A stretch of 61,529 nt of DNA from positions 1 to 61,529 of the IMG/VR virus record IMGVR_UViG_3300030098_003632. One strand, given 5' to 3'. Made by a program: the position numbers and the translations under genes. Source of the stretch: a virus. Taxonomy: Duplodnaviria > Caudoviricetes. Position 1 is the first letter of the stretch. Every line of letters starts with the position of its first letter. The notes beneath the pieces were generated by a model. The model searched no databases. It saw only the letters and a program-made list of their open reading frames with translations, and was not told the DNA's origin. This document shows positions 10,204 through 20,339 of this stretch, in pieces.

Positions 10204-13200
10204 ATGTCGATCTATATGTCGGACTATTACTCCCAGCCACAAACTGGAGGGTATCCACCATACGATGTTAGTCAGCAAGAGAAAGAAGATTTTCTTGCTA
10301 GAGAGCCTGGTTTCTTTGAGCAATTAACAGGCGCATTAGATAAGCCGGGGAGATCCGCAAGGCAAATTGCAGCCGAAGTTCGCTCATGGTTTACAGGTGA
10401 AGAGCATGACTTCAAGCCTCGTGAATTAATGGCTTGGGTACCCTACTCAGACAAGATGGGGCTAACGGATGTCGAGCAAGCAGCCAGTGGTCGAGATGTT
10501 CTTGGATTTCATGATGAAGATAATTTTCTCCAAGGCGTAGCCGGGTTTGCTGCCGAAGTTGTTACCGACCCACTGAACCTCGTAACATTTGGCGGGGCTT
10601 CAGCTCTTTCTAAGGGCGGCAAGATCTTTAATAAGATGGGAATTCTGGATGAGGTAATAGAAGAATCCGCTAAAGCCGCAGGTAGGCGTGCGGAAACAGG
10701 GTTCCTTCCTAAGCTCACAAAGATGGACACCACTGTAAGAGATGGGCTGAGTGCTTACAAAGAAAAAGTTATTCGCACTAGCACTCCAGGGGAAGTGCCC
10801 GGAATCCTGAAGGGCATTGATGACGAGTTCCTTTCGACCGCCCAGCAAATGGGACTTGGTAGTACAAAGATAAAAAATATTCTTGACGAGAATATTGGCG
10901 GGATGTTTGGTAGAGCATCCGCTAATCCTATCCCTGGATTCGGAAGATCTATGTGGGGAGACACTGTTGGGATCATGGGGCAGGGAGAAACTGCCAAGAA
11001 AATTGCTGAGGTGACTGGCAAAGGAATGCACAGTTTCAAGCACGCCCCCGGAATAACACAGTTGAGGGCGGCGTTTGACCATACGCTAGCGAAAGCCGTA
11101 TCGCCTATGGGGCAAGCGATGGCACAGAATGCCACGCGAGCAATAAAAAAATCTATCGAGCAATCCAGGATGCAGGCTAGTGCAGCAATAGAGCTGAAGC
11201 ATACGCTCCCAGAATACTTTAAGGTCGGCCATGTCGGAGCTAATGGGCAGGCCTTAACACAGCACCAGGTGTCAAGAAATAATATTCTTTTAACCAGGTT
11301 CCTAGAAAACCCTACGATGCAGGTGCCTAAAGAACTCCAGCCTCTAGTGCAAGCTGGACGAGATCTTCAGGCTAACATGCGATCAATGATGGAAGTAGCT
11401 AAGAGTAAAGGTATGCACATTGAGTTGCTCGAAGACTTGGAGTTAACTCCTGATGGGTTTATGCCTAGGCAGCTAAGGAGATTCTTTGGCGACGGTAAAA
11501 ACATAGCAGATAAAGATCCAAGCAGAATATTACAAACAACCCACAGGACACAGTTCGAGCGTACTCCGTTAACTAAAGATATACCCGAGGGTATCTCCGG
11601 TATCCAACAGCTTTCAATGGATCACAACATAAGCGGTCTGCTGCATAGAGGCGGCAAGTGGAAGGTGGATAAGCGGCCCACCGATTTTGATACTGCAGTT
11701 CAAGGGTTTGAAGAGACTGAGTTCGGAGGACATCGCCCGTGGAGAACAAAAGAATTCCTTCGGCACTACATAAAGACGGCGGAAACAATACCCACCGGGA
11801 CGACAAGGAAAATAAATTTTAACATCCCTGGGGCATCAGGAGATGTGAGGGTTTCCCTAGATGTTGCGGGGATAGATCCAGTACAGAAGAAGTGGACTCG
11901 GATCAAGAACAATGATGGGACATTTACCAAGAGGGCTGCTACTGAACAGGAAAAGGATGCCCACCTTGACGAGGTAATTGATTTCCTTGGGCAGCTCGAC
12001 TCAAGACACGCAGAGCTTGGATTACCTGCCTATATATCAGACCCAATACAGAACTACATCTCTTATGCCGAGGTAATGCACAGAGCAATCAATGCTCACG
12101 ATCAAGTAGGCGAAGCGTTCGGTCGTGAAGTTATGAAGATGAACGATCCCAGGTATCTACCAGAAAAATATATTACGTTAGGTAAGGCCCTGGAGAATTT
12201 AGAGATCGTCGATAAAAAAAGAAGGACTGTCCGAGCAGTAATCGACGGGAAGGATGCAGTAAGAGAGGTTGAGTTCGGTGACCCTAGCCTGCGGATGGTT
12301 AGAAATATAATTAAAGACAGGCCAGAAATGGCGGATATAAGCGTTCTTAATGATGAGGATTTATTAAAGTTAATCCAGAACGATTACTCCCCTAATACTC
12401 TAGTAGTCCCCGCATCACTTGTTAAAGATGCAGGCCGAATGTACTCTGTCTATGTAACTCCGTCTTCGATGGAAGACATCAAGCCTTTCTTGGATCACTT
12501 CGATAGGATTAGTAATGCTTGGCGTGCTGGTGTAACAATCCTATTTCCAAAGTTCCATATAAGAAACTTTGCGGGTGGCCAGTTTAACAACTGGGTTATT
12601 GATGCGTGGTCTCCTAGTTCTTTGATAGACGCACAGAATACAATGCTCGGCAATGTAGTCAGAGGTGCAGGCCAAGTTAACTGGAGACTTGACGGGCTGC
12701 CACCAGTAATTAAAAAACAAATCCAGGAACAGATAGAAGCTAACAACGGAAAGATTAGCGATGAGCTTGGTACCCGCATAGGGTTGGCACATATATTCTC
12801 ACAAAGATTGTGGGTTCCTGATATGCCAGCACCAACAATGGAGCTGATCGAAAACGTAGGTAAGGGTGATGTTGTCGATGAAATGATTCGACTTTCAGAA
12901 ACACCCAAGTCTACACCCGAAGCAATATCGGGATACCTAGGTAACCTAATGGCTAAGGATGAAACTGGCCGATGGTCTTGGACAATAGCCGATGCGATTG
13001 GTAACCTAAATTTAATTTTTCCTGTTTCCCCGGGGGCGATAATGGGGAAAGGTGCCTACGGTGGTGAAAGAGGTGTATCAAAACTACAGGCAATGGGGCA
13101 TAAAGCAGCCGCACAGATAGAAGGATACAACCGTATCGCACCGTTCTGGAAATTATTAAAGGATGGCTGGACACCACAAGCAGCTGCACGACAAGTAAAG

Positions 13201-14022
13201 AAAGCTCAGGTAGATTATTCCCACCTGTCTGAGTTTGAACGAAAGGTTATGAGGAGGACGTTTAGTTTCTATACCTTCTCAAGGGGAATGATTCCATTTG
13301 TATTAGAGAAAATGGTACAGCGTCCTAGTGGCCGCATGATGAGAACTGCAAGGACGATAGGGTGGGCACAGCAAGAGGATGAGTTTGGAGATTGGCTGCC
13401 TGAATACTTAAAGTCTAAAGGCTCATTCAGGGTTCCATTCACAGATGATACTGATGCTGAAGGCAAAAGAAATACAACTTACATTCAGTCTCTAGGGCTC
13501 CCGTTTGAGGATACCTTTGCTATGACTGGCTTAGGCTCTCAAGAAGGAATGGTCACTGGCTTCTTTGATGAAGTGCTTGCTAAGTCCCATCCATTAGGGC
13601 AGCTAATGTACCAACAGGTGTCAGGGCAGGATCCATTCTATAAGAAAGACTACAAGACAATCGGCTATGGAACTAAGCAGATTGGTGACGCAACTGTACC
13701 AATACAGAACCACATTATGAACATGCCTGCCCTTGACCTGATCCCTGGTTTCGCCAGAGGTGCTAAGTATAAGCCCGGAGATACTTGGGCTGGCTGGAGA
13801 AGGGCAATGACAAATCAACTGCTTCCATTCTCGCCTCAACAAATAAAAGACATGGACAGACAGAAGCGATCTACTATGCGTGATGTATTACATAGCAAAC
13901 TACGCGGAGCTTCACCATACTACAAGCACACAAGATATGAGCCTAAACCTGGCGTTGAGTTTGAGCCTGGGTCAGATGAATGGCGCAGAGAAATGGTTCG
14001 CCAATGGTACTCTAAACAGTAA
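10204..14022 (+). CDS. Large internal virion protein with LPD38-like C-terminal region
   Basis: 1272 aa. Motifs PKFHIRNF, EGYNR, AARQVKKAQVDYS, FSFYTF, LPEYL and HPLGQLMYQQVSGQDPF resemble the C-termini of podoviral ejection/large polyvalent proteins. Confidence 0.6.
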   Translation: MSIYMSDYYSQPQTGGYPPYDVSQQEKEDFLAREPGFFEQLTGALDKPGRSARQIAAEVRSWFTGEEHDFKPRELMAWVPYSDKMGLTDVEQAASGRDVLGFHDEDNFLQGVAGFAAEVVTDPLNLVTFGGASALSKGGKIFNKMGILDEVIEESAKAAGRRAETGFLPKLTKMDTTVRDGLSAYKEKVIRTSTPGEVPGILKGIDDEFLSTAQQMGLGSTKIKNILDENIGGMFGRASANPIPGFGRSMWGDTVGIMGQGETAKKIAEVTGKGMHSFKHAPGITQLRAAFDHTLAKAVSPMGQAMAQNATRAIKKSIEQSRMQASAAIELKHTLPEYFKVGHVGANGQALTQHQVSRNNILLTRFLENPTMQVPKELQPLVQAGRDLQANMRSMMEVAKSKGMHIELLEDLELTPDGFMPRQLRRFFGDGKNIADKDPSRILQTTHRTQFERTPLTKDIPEGISGIQQLSMDHNISGLLHRGGKWKVDKRPTDFDTAVQGFEETEFGGHRPWRTKEFLRHYIKTAETIPTGTTRKINFNIPGASGDVRVSLDVAGIDPVQKKWTRIKNNDGTFTKRAATEQEKDAHLDEVIDFLGQLDSRHAELGLPAYISDPIQNYISYAEVMHRAINAHDQVGEAFGREVMKMNDPRYLPEKYITLGKALENLEIVDKKRRTVRAVIDGKDAVREVEFGDPSLRMVRNIIKDRPEMADISVLNDEDLLKLIQNDYSPNTLVVPASLVKDAGRMYSVYVTPSSMEDIKPFLDHFDRISNAWRAGVTILFPKFHIRNFAGGQFNNWVIDAWSPSSLIDAQNTMLGNVVRGAGQVNWRLDGLPPVIKKQIQEQIEANNGKISDELGTRIGLAHIFSQRLWVPDMPAPTMELIENVGKGDVVDEMIRLSETPKSTPEAISGYLGNLMAKDETGRWSWTIADAIGNLNLIFPVSPGAIMGKGAYGGERGVSKLQAMGHKAAAQIEGYNRIAPFWKLLKDGWTPQAAARQVKKAQVDYSHLSEFERKVMRRTFSFYTFSRGMIPFVLEKMVQRPSGRMMRTARTIGWAQQEDEFGDWLPEYLKSKGSFRVPFTDDTDAEGKRNTTYIQSLGLPFEDTFAMTGLGSQEGMVTGFFDEVLAKSHPLGQLMYQQVSGQDPFYKKDYKTIGYGTKQIGDATVPIQNHIMNMPALDLIPGFARGAKYKPGDTWAGWRRAMTNQLLPFSPQQIKDMDRQKRSTMRDVLHSKLRGASPYYKHTRYEPKPGVEFEPGSDEWRREMVRQWYSKQ

Positions 14023-15634
14023 AGTCTTTCTTCGCTAAGATATTTCCATCCTCATCTTCAATCATTACAAGATACTCACGCATTAATTCAAATGCATTCA
14101 AGGTTACATAAGCATTTGCTAATACAGTGACTGGAGAAGTCTTGTTGTATCCCGTTGAGAATTTAATATTGCCTAAGCTATCCTGGAATACTGTTACACC
14201 CTTTAGATTTAAGTTGTAGTGATTAACAGCAAGAATATCTGGGCCTGTGATGTAGCTTAAGCCACCGAATGCTTCTGTATCTAGAGCAGCTATGGCTGGC
14301 TTAAATGGTTCCCATCGGTAAGAGTATCCAATGGTGTCAGAGGGTTTTATTTTTGCAATAGCCACAGCTGGTGTAAATGCAAAGCTGCTATTGATGACAG
14401 CACCTACTGCACCAGTCGATTTTATACCTGCCAATGGCGGTGTATGTAATCTGTAGTTGAGATGGGCTGTTATATTTGCCTCTGCCGCAGATGCGCTGAA
14501 TGTCTCTTTAATATTTCCAATAGACAATCCAGTCTTTATTCCTGCTGGATCAGGCCAAAGTATATTGAATGCAGCATCTACCTTGAGAGCCGCTGAGAGG
14601 CCTGAGTAGGCCTCGCCTTTCTTTGTCAGCCCAGCTTTAGCGGTAGCTGCTGAAGGCGTTACAAGCTCAGTCTGAGGCACCATGACAGCTTCTGTAGAAG
14701 CACTGGCTGCAGGGGCAGATATTGTGAGAGTAAGAGTGAAGCTGCAGCTTGACTGAATGGAGGCTGGACTAGGGCTCACTTTATCGAGGAGGGTTGGAGC
14801 CCCAGTCCCAGCTTCCGCTTGAGCTGGGCTAGGTGTCAAGGAGACTTTGATATCACCTAGGACAGCTGCTGACTTGATCGAACTTAGGGTTGGCGTGAAA
14901 GTTTCGATCAAGTTACCTAGGCTGCTAGCAATGGACGAAGCTGCTGCCGTAGGTATAAGTGTAATTTTAATTGTAGGGCCAGTGCTGTCAATGTCAGCAC
15001 CGGCAGCAGGAGGTGTAAATTGTTCCCCATTAAAATATGTTATTACTAACTTAGGAGTATATGTAGTACCACTATAATTCTTACTGCGGAATTGAAGAAG
15101 CCAGTTGTTGCTGTTGTTATATGTAAGATCTTCAAAGAAGAACTGCATGTCGTTATCAGCAGACCACCCAGCTCTACTAACTATTTCTTGAACAATAGTC
15201 TTTATGTCTGGCGTATCATAGAAAGTGCCTGCGCTCATGCCGCTTGAGAAAGACCAGTCTACACTGGCTGTAGTTCTCGTTGCACTTCCAAATGCACTGC
15301 AGCTACTAGCTGCTGAGGAGGCATCATCGGTGGCTTCCCCTCGTATAGTTACAGTATTTCCAACTGCATTTCCATTGTCTGAGTGATAGGCTAGCTGTAT
15401 CTTGGCTTGGGTTATTGTTGCTCCTTGCGGGATGTCTATAGTCTGGAATCTTAGGTAAGGCCTCCACTCCTCCCAGTGCTGATATTTATCGCCATAGTCT
15501 GATAGACCCCTAAATCTAATTCTTTGATGGCTGCTGTCTACATTATTACAGCTAGCACCACCGCTATAGTATTCTTCGTATTCAGCAACTCCATCGTCAC
15601 TATTTGACACTATAACTTCATTGACAGTAGGCAT
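14012..15634 (-). CDS. Putative tail fibre/receptor-binding protein: N-terminal DNRLRE/CBM-like beta-sandwich plus an Ala/Pro repeat shaft
   Basis: Start moved to ATG 15634 (GGAG SD). YLRFQTIDIPQGATITQAKIQL and TPDIKTIVQEIV motifs; about 20-aa xTPxAAxA repeats; paralogue of 22314-23015. Confidence 0.6.
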   Translation of the reverse strand: MPTVNEVIVSNSDDGVAEYEEYYSGGASCNNVDSSHQRIRFRGLSDYGDKYQHWEEWRPYLRFQTIDIPQGATITQAKIQLAYHSDNGNAVGNTVTIRGEATDDASSAASSCSAFGSATRTTASVDWSFSSGMSAGTFYDTPDIKTIVQEIVSRAGWSADNDMQFFFEDLTYNNSNNWLLQFRSKNYSGTTYTPKLVITYFNGEQFTPPAAGADIDSTGPTIKITLIPTAAASSIASSLGNLIETFTPTLSSIKSAAVLGDIKVSLTPSPAQAEAGTGAPTLLDKVSPSPASIQSSCSFTLTLTISAPAASASTEAVMVPQTELVTPSAATAKAGLTKKGEAYSGLSAALKVDAAFNILWPDPAGIKTGLSIGNIKETFSASAAEANITAHLNYRLHTPPLAGIKSTGAVGAVINSSFAFTPAVAIAKIKPSDTIGYSYRWEPFKPAIAALDTEAFGGLSYITGPDILAVNHYNLNLKGVTVFQDSLGNIKFSTGYNKTSPVTVLANAYVTLNAFELMREYLVMIEDEDGNILAKKDFTV

Positions 15635-15645
15635 GTAGTTGCTCC

Positions 15646-15680
15646 AAAAAAAAGGCGGAGAGCGCAAGCCCTCCGCCCTT
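15646..15680 (-). terminator. Intrinsic terminator
   Basis: Minus strand: GGCGGAG-GGCUUGCGCU-CUCCGCC followed by U8, just after the 15702-16133 stop. Confidence 0.85.
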
Positions 15681-15701
15681 AAGCTAAATACTTAAACGAA
15701 A

Positions 15702-16133
15702 TTAAGCGTCGGTTAGATTTATTTCTAGATCCTGCAGTGTCAGGGTTTGCCCTGCACTAACACTTTTGTTTTCGCCAAAGTCCCATACAGCATACACAAC
15801 TCGGTCGTTAGCGGTACTGTTTGCATCTGTCAGGATTGCATAGCGAGCGTTTGTTAAAGCTCCTGCAAAGTCTACATCCTTGACTTGGATAAGAGCCTTG
15901 TCGTTGCTGTCATCTTCAGTTGCAACATTAAATCCTGAAGCATCTCGTGTAACAGCTGCGGCAGTTCCGATTACGCCACCAGATACATCGTTTTGTGTAT
16001 TAGTGTCTTCATCTGGACTGACAGAGTTGTTGAGGAGAGTTACCTTAAAGGCACTCCCATCTGGCGGATTTGTATTGCGGAAAGCCATCGTTAATATATG
16101 CAGTTTCCCACGGTTTGTTACTACACTTGCCAT
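15702..16133 (-). CDS. Small phage structural (tail-associated) protein
   Basis: 143 aa, beta-rich; C-terminal YAVWDFGENKSVSAGQTLTL is typical of small tail/fibre-base proteins; upstream of the fibre gene. Confidence 0.55.
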   Translation of the reverse strand: MASVVTNRGKLHILTMAFRNTNPPDGSAFKVTLLNNSVSPDEDTNTQNDVSGGVIGTAAAVTRDASGFNVATEDDSNDKALIQVKDVDFAGALTNARYAILTDANSTANDRVVYAVWDFGENKSVSAGQTLTLQDLEINLTDA

Positions 16134-16181
16134 TCTATATTCCTTATGTATTTAGCTGGGGTAGGTATGTTTTTATTATAA

Positions 16182-16547
16182 CTACTCGATCTCTGTTATT
16201 TCCACCTCAAGACACCCCGGCTTCATGACATCGGATCGGATGACCCTAAGATCATCTATCTGTTCATCATCCCCGTAGATTCCAGCATATCCCATCGCAT
16301 CTAAGGCGGCTTTGTTTATATTGTCTATATCTCTTCGCCTCCTGTCAGGCATCGTAGCTTTAATGACTACCTTAAGTCTGCCCAGTAGAGGCCTTGGGTC
16401 TTCTACTTCTTCACCCTCAAATGCTGATGCGACTGCTACACTAACCGCATCTCGGTACTCCCTTCCCTTCTTTGAAAGTATCACTCTCCCTTTGACTGCT
16501 CGCCAATAGGTGTTTACGCTTGGTGGGTACGGCAATATTATTTCCAT
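16182..16547 (-). CDS. rusA: RusA-family Holliday junction resolvase
   Basis: PYPPSVNTYWR; PDRRRRDIDNINKAALDA; DDEQID. Confidence 0.92.
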   Translation of the reverse strand: MEIILPYPPSVNTYWRAVKGRVILSKKGREYRDAVSVAVASAFEGEEVEDPRPLLGRLKVVIKATMPDRRRRDIDNINKAALDAMGYAGIYGDDEQIDDLRVIRSDVMKPGCLEVEITEIE

Positions 16548-16936
16548 CGGGGATGTCCTTCCGACTTTAGTTCTTTGAAATGAGGTAATATGTCTCCGAC
16601 TGTCACTCTTCTCGGTGCCCTCAGCTCGGGGTCTTTAAGTTTCAACCATCCTTCTATCTCGAAGTTGTTAGTGTCGTAGATTATTTTATATGCTAGTTGC
16701 CTGGCATGTGGCATGGCAGCTAGGTCATCCATATGGCATTTCTTGCACGCGCAGAAATAATTATTTAGGTTTGCCCAGGCGTGATGCGGTGCTTGGCTTT
16801 TGCGTTCCATCTCATGAGTCTCTAGCGGAAACCCTGCATGATGCTTTGCTCCGCACACCCAGCAGAATTTTTTATCTTTAGCCCACTCTTTCCTGGCTGC
16901 CATTAAAGAATTAATTTCCCTTGCAGTCTTCTTCAT
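16538..16936 (-). CDS. Zn-binding HNH-like protein
   Basis: CWVC...HE...N...CKKCH pattern. Confidence 0.55.
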   Translation of the reverse strand: MKKTAREINSLMAARKEWAKDKKFCWVCGAKHHAGFPLETHEMERKSQAPHHAWANLNNYFCACKKCHMDDLAAMPHARQLAYKIIYDTNNFEIEGWLKLKDPELRAPRRVTVGDILPHFKELKSEGHPRWK

Positions 16937-18567
16937 CTTCGCTTCCTCTCTTTCCGTATGGCATTTAGTAACCAGCTTGCTGCTATATATGGCTTCCCTT
17001 TAAGGCAGGTGTCTAAATACCAAGTAGGCAGATCCTCTACTAGCTTACCTTTGAACTTCCCAAAGATCATCCTTGCTCCTCTCTTCTTCTTGTGAACTCC
17101 CCCTTGAGCAGCACCTCTGAATGGATCAATATTTAATTTCTTGTACCTGGCTTCCGCCTCGATTAAAATTCTGCGTTGCCTTTCAGCCTCCTCGCGTGCT
17201 TCTCTTACTGCGCGCTTAGCTTCCTCAACTGCTTCGTCTAGCTCGACAGCTTCCTGGCTTTCAAGAATTAATTCTTTTGCTTTCTCAATCTCTTCAATCC
17301 CTATTGTCCCACTCATTACATCAGGAGATGTAACTATTTTATGAGCTAAGGAAGAATCGACCAAGTCTATCATTCTAAAGTAAGGCTTGTCGCTGAAAGC
17401 TATCGAAGCCTGCCTAGATTCAGCAGTGCTATTATCGAAGTCAACCACGCCACGCAAAGGCCTAGTACCACGCCCAAAGATTTGAGTGTATAAGGCACGG
17501 CTTTTGGTGGGTCTAGCCATGACAATGTTTCGTAGGTCAGGAAAGTCCCACCCAGTAGTAAGAATACCCACATTGCAGACGTGAGTAAGACCGTCAGGAT
17601 CTTCTTGAAAAGATCGCATAACCTCTCGTCTACGCTGGGGTGTACACTTTGATGTATCACTGGCGATCCAGTCTGCTGGGATTCCGTATGAATCAACGAG
17701 TCGTTCTGCGACGAGCTTTGCTTCTTGAACAGAGGAGCAGTAGACCACGGTCTTTTCTCCTCGGGTTTCTCTGGCTGTGACATCTGCTATCTCCATGATT
17801 GTTTCTGAATCTTCGAGCAAAGAATTTAATTCTTTCTGGTTAAAGTCTTTGCCCATTACTGTATTAGTTGTGCTTACATCTTTTAGGTCTAGTGATTCAA
17901 GCTGTACGCAATGAGTCTTAGCGGGTACTAACCATCCTCCTTTAACAGCATCCGCTATTCCATATTGATAGACACACTTATCGTATATATTTAACATCGC
18001 TTTCTGGTCATGGCGTTTAGCCGTTGCTGTTACACCTAGCACCTTAGCCCCATCGTTACGATAGAAGTCCAACATCTCTTTCCACTTGGGCGTTATGGAT
18101 AAGTGAGCTTCGTCTACTACGACTAAGCCTACGTCCCTAATCCTTTCGTACCTTGGTGGAGTTCTAGATGTCAGACTATCTTTAGAAGCAACTACATACT
18201 TGCTCCTCCCCCAAGGGGTTTCGATACTCCAGTTCTTTGCTTGCTCTATTCCTGGCTGCTCTCCTGTTCTTAAAAATATTTTCTTTGCTGCCTGGCTAAT
18301 CAACTCGACATAGGGGGCGATGACTAAGCATCGCCCGTTCTCCCATGTCTTAAGTAGCTGAGTAAATATTTCTGTCTTCCCTAGCCCAGTGGCTAACTCC
18401 ACTAAGACAGATTCCTTGTCTACGAAAGCATCTTCAATAGCCTCCCTTGCTTCCGCTTGATAAGGTCGTTCCTTAAAATAATTTATGTGCCCCGAGATTC
18501 CTTGGCTGCGCGGCTGAGGAACCCTGTCCCATAGCAGTGGTTGCATCCGGTCTTGTTTCCTAGGCAT
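16933..18567 (-). CDS. Superfamily 2 DEAD/DEAH-box helicase with C-terminal FGK(F/Y)KG (DUF3820-like) motif
   Basis: RPYQ Q-motif, ATGLGKT, DEAH, TAT, LTTGWDFP, QIFGRGTR. Start uncertain (18567 or 18546). Confidence 0.92.
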   Translation of the reverse strand: MPRKQDRMQPLLWDRVPQPRSQGISGHINYFKERPYQAEAREAIEDAFVDKESVLVELATGLGKTEIFTQLLKTWENGRCLVIAPYVELISQAAKKIFLRTGEQPGIEQAKNWSIETPWGRSKYVVASKDSLTSRTPPRYERIRDVGLVVVDEAHLSITPKWKEMLDFYRNDGAKVLGVTATAKRHDQKAMLNIYDKCVYQYGIADAVKGGWLVPAKTHCVQLESLDLKDVSTTNTVMGKDFNQKELNSLLEDSETIMEIADVTARETRGEKTVVYCSSVQEAKLVAERLVDSYGIPADWIASDTSKCTPQRRREVMRSFQEDPDGLTHVCNVGILTTGWDFPDLRNIVMARPTKSRALYTQIFGRGTRPLRGVVDFDNSTAESRQASIAFSDKPYFRMIDLVDSSLAHKIVTSPDVMSGTIGIEEIEKAKELILESQEAVELDEAVEEAKRAVREAREEAERQRRILIEAEARYKKLNIDPFRGAAQGGVHKKKRGARMIFGKFKGKLVEDLPTWYLDTCLKGKPYIAASWLLNAIRKERKRR

Positions 18568-19298
18568 TTGTCACACTCCTCCACAGGTTCGCATTGCCTT
18601 ATTGCATCAGCAGCTTCGCTAAGATTATTTTTAATTCGAGTCATCTTTGTTGCTATGTATTGGCCTATAGCTTTATCATCAGAGATGTCATCAAATTCCT
18701 TGATTATTCTGTGCAGTTCCCTGCTGGCTCTCCTATAGGGAGAACCAAGAGTGGCAACCCAGTGAGTCTCAGCAGCTGCTGTACTAGAAATAATTTCTTT
18801 GCGTGGTATCTTTCCAGCAAGAGCTTCCTTCCTTTTGTCGTCAGGCAAGTTGTCTACTGCTTCAGCAAACTTCCCGTCGTTCCTAATGGTTCGTTGGGTT
18901 ACGCCTTGCTTTTCAGAGAAGTCTTTCATGTCTTGGTCTAAGCCAGTCCATTTCTTCCCGTTAGCAATAGCCTTTGCTTTGTTGTAGTATTTACCTCTAA
19001 GGTAAGCCAGCTTTGCTGGAGTTAGATTACGTCTTGCACTTTGATTGTCTAGCATCCATTCGTAAACTTCAGCTTCGTTATTAAATGACATCCATTCTAT
19101 TTGGTAGGGGAGATTATACTCATTACATATGGCATACCTGTGGTGTCCATCAATGATAGTATTCTTTTCTCGCCATACACAGATTGGATCTCTTGCCTTG
19201 CCTTCTGCTGTAATGCTTTCTTCTAAGGCTACATGCTCTGCTTCTGACAGTTCAGGGAGAACCTGTTGTATCTTGGGGTCAATCCTTAAAATGGTCAT
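18483..19298 (-). CDS. ParB/Srx N-terminal-domain protein with C-terminal Zn ribbon
   Basis: LEESITAEG..DPICVW...IIDGHHRY; NQSARRNL; CDKC...CNHCYGTG. ATG 19298 has a GGAGG SD. Confidence 0.82.
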   Translation of the reverse strand: MTILRIDPKIQQVLPELSEAEHVALEESITAEGKARDPICVWREKNTIIDGHHRYAICNEYNLPYQIEWMSFNNEAEVYEWMLDNQSARRNLTPAKLAYLRGKYYNKAKAIANGKKWTGLDQDMKDFSEKQGVTQRTIRNDGKFAEAVDNLPDDKRKEALAGKIPRKEIISSTAAAETHWVATLGSPYRRASRELHRIIKEFDDISDDKAIGQYIATKMTRIKNNLSEAADAIRQCEPVEECDKCLGNKTGCNHCYGTGFLSRAAKESRGT

Positions 19299-19494
19299 CG
19301 CTTCCTCCGTTGTCGTATAAGACTTTCTGGCGAACAAAATAAAGTTTCCTAGCCAGGTCTAATGTTTCTGAGTTCATGTTCATTGTTTTGAATCCTTTAC
19401 CATACTCTTGAAGAGCATCCAAGTCACGAGCCTCCAGTAAGGAGGCCGTGATAACATGGATGTGGTGAAGGTTGATTCTAGGTTCATCCTTCAT
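19279..19494 (-). CDS. Hypothetical protein
   Basis: 71-aa ORF overlapping both neighbours in the operon. Confidence 0.55.
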   Translation of the reverse strand: MKDEPRINLHHIHVITASLLEARDLDALQEYGKGFKTMNMNSETLDLARKLYFVRQKVLYDNGGSDDHFKD

Positions 19495-20101
19495 TTAGTA
19501 GTTCGTCCCTTCGTTTGATGGTGACATCATTGATCTTCATCAAGTCGTCGTCAGACCAATTAGCTTCTTTGTAGGTAATAACTTTTTCGTGGTTGGCATC
19601 AAGGTCTTCTAAAGTAGAGCTTTTTATAGACATGATTGCTCTAGTTAGTATTGCCTCGCTGCTTCCACGCTTATTAACTTCAGCATCAGGATCATCGCCT
19701 GTCTCTATCAAGAAGAACTCACGCAGTGCATACTTCTTAGCTAAAGTCATAGCCTTTGATGCACGCTTGTCCCCTTGGTCAGAAGCCTCAGCAAAAGTCT
19801 CAACAAACGCTTGGTCACCAGATTCAACATGTTCAAAACAGAACCTCCTCTTACCTAAGAACAACGACATTCGGTGTCCCTTACTAGTTGTATAGTCTTC
19901 AGTCTTAACTACTTCGCATACGTCTGGATACATAACGATCCCGTGCTTGACCATTGCTGGCCGTAGCTGTGCGATTAGTTCCTTCTCTCCGGCATAGGTG
20001 TATCCGTAGTTACCCGAACCTACCTTGCCTTTCTTCTGCACATAACCTATCTCTTTCATGACAGCTATTTGTGCAGCCCTAAGTGATTCGTGCTTAGCCA
20101 T
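19484..20101 (-). CDS. ERF-family single-strand annealing protein
   Basis: IGYVQKKG...YTY...LRPAMVKHGI; DQGDKRASKAMTLAKKYALREFFLIETGDDPD. Confidence 0.85.
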   Translation of the reverse strand: MAKHESLRAAQIAVMKEIGYVQKKGKVGSGNYGYTYAGEKELIAQLRPAMVKHGIVMYPDVCEVVKTEDYTTSKGHRMSLFLGKRRFCFEHVESGDQAFVETFAEASDQGDKRASKAMTLAKKYALREFFLIETGDDPDAEVNKRGSSEAILTRAIMSIKSSTLEDLDANHEKVITYKEANWSDDDLMKINDVTIKRRDELLNEG

Positions 20102-20339
20102 TGGTCATCTCCTCCCGTATCTTTTTATTTTCTTCTAGTAATGGAGAGCCTTCCATGATAATGACTTCGGGATTCTGGTCGATGTCATATCGAGGGGTGT
20201 AGTTTTTATGCTCACCCGGCTGGCTCTTAATATATATGTGGCAATAACCCTGTTCGTTAATAATAATCCCGAACTCAACGCCAAGTTTATCTGTGCCTGG
20301 CTGCTTGGTTTTAACAATAATTTCTTTTCTAGTTATCAT
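20094..20339 (-). CDS. Hypothetical protein
   Basis: Fills the gap between the exonuclease and ERF genes; likely start ATG 20339. Confidence 0.55.
   Translation of the reverse strand: MITRKEIIVKTKQPGTDKLGVEFGIIINEQGYCHIYIKSQPGEHKNYTPRYDIDQNPEVIIMEGSPLLEENKKIREEMTNG

Noticed and set aside
1503-13842. Many 60-190 aa antisense or alternate-frame ORFs inside the large late genes (also within 39547-60159)
   Set aside because: Shadow ORFs: no SD noted, no motifs, and composition mirrors the sense-strand codons
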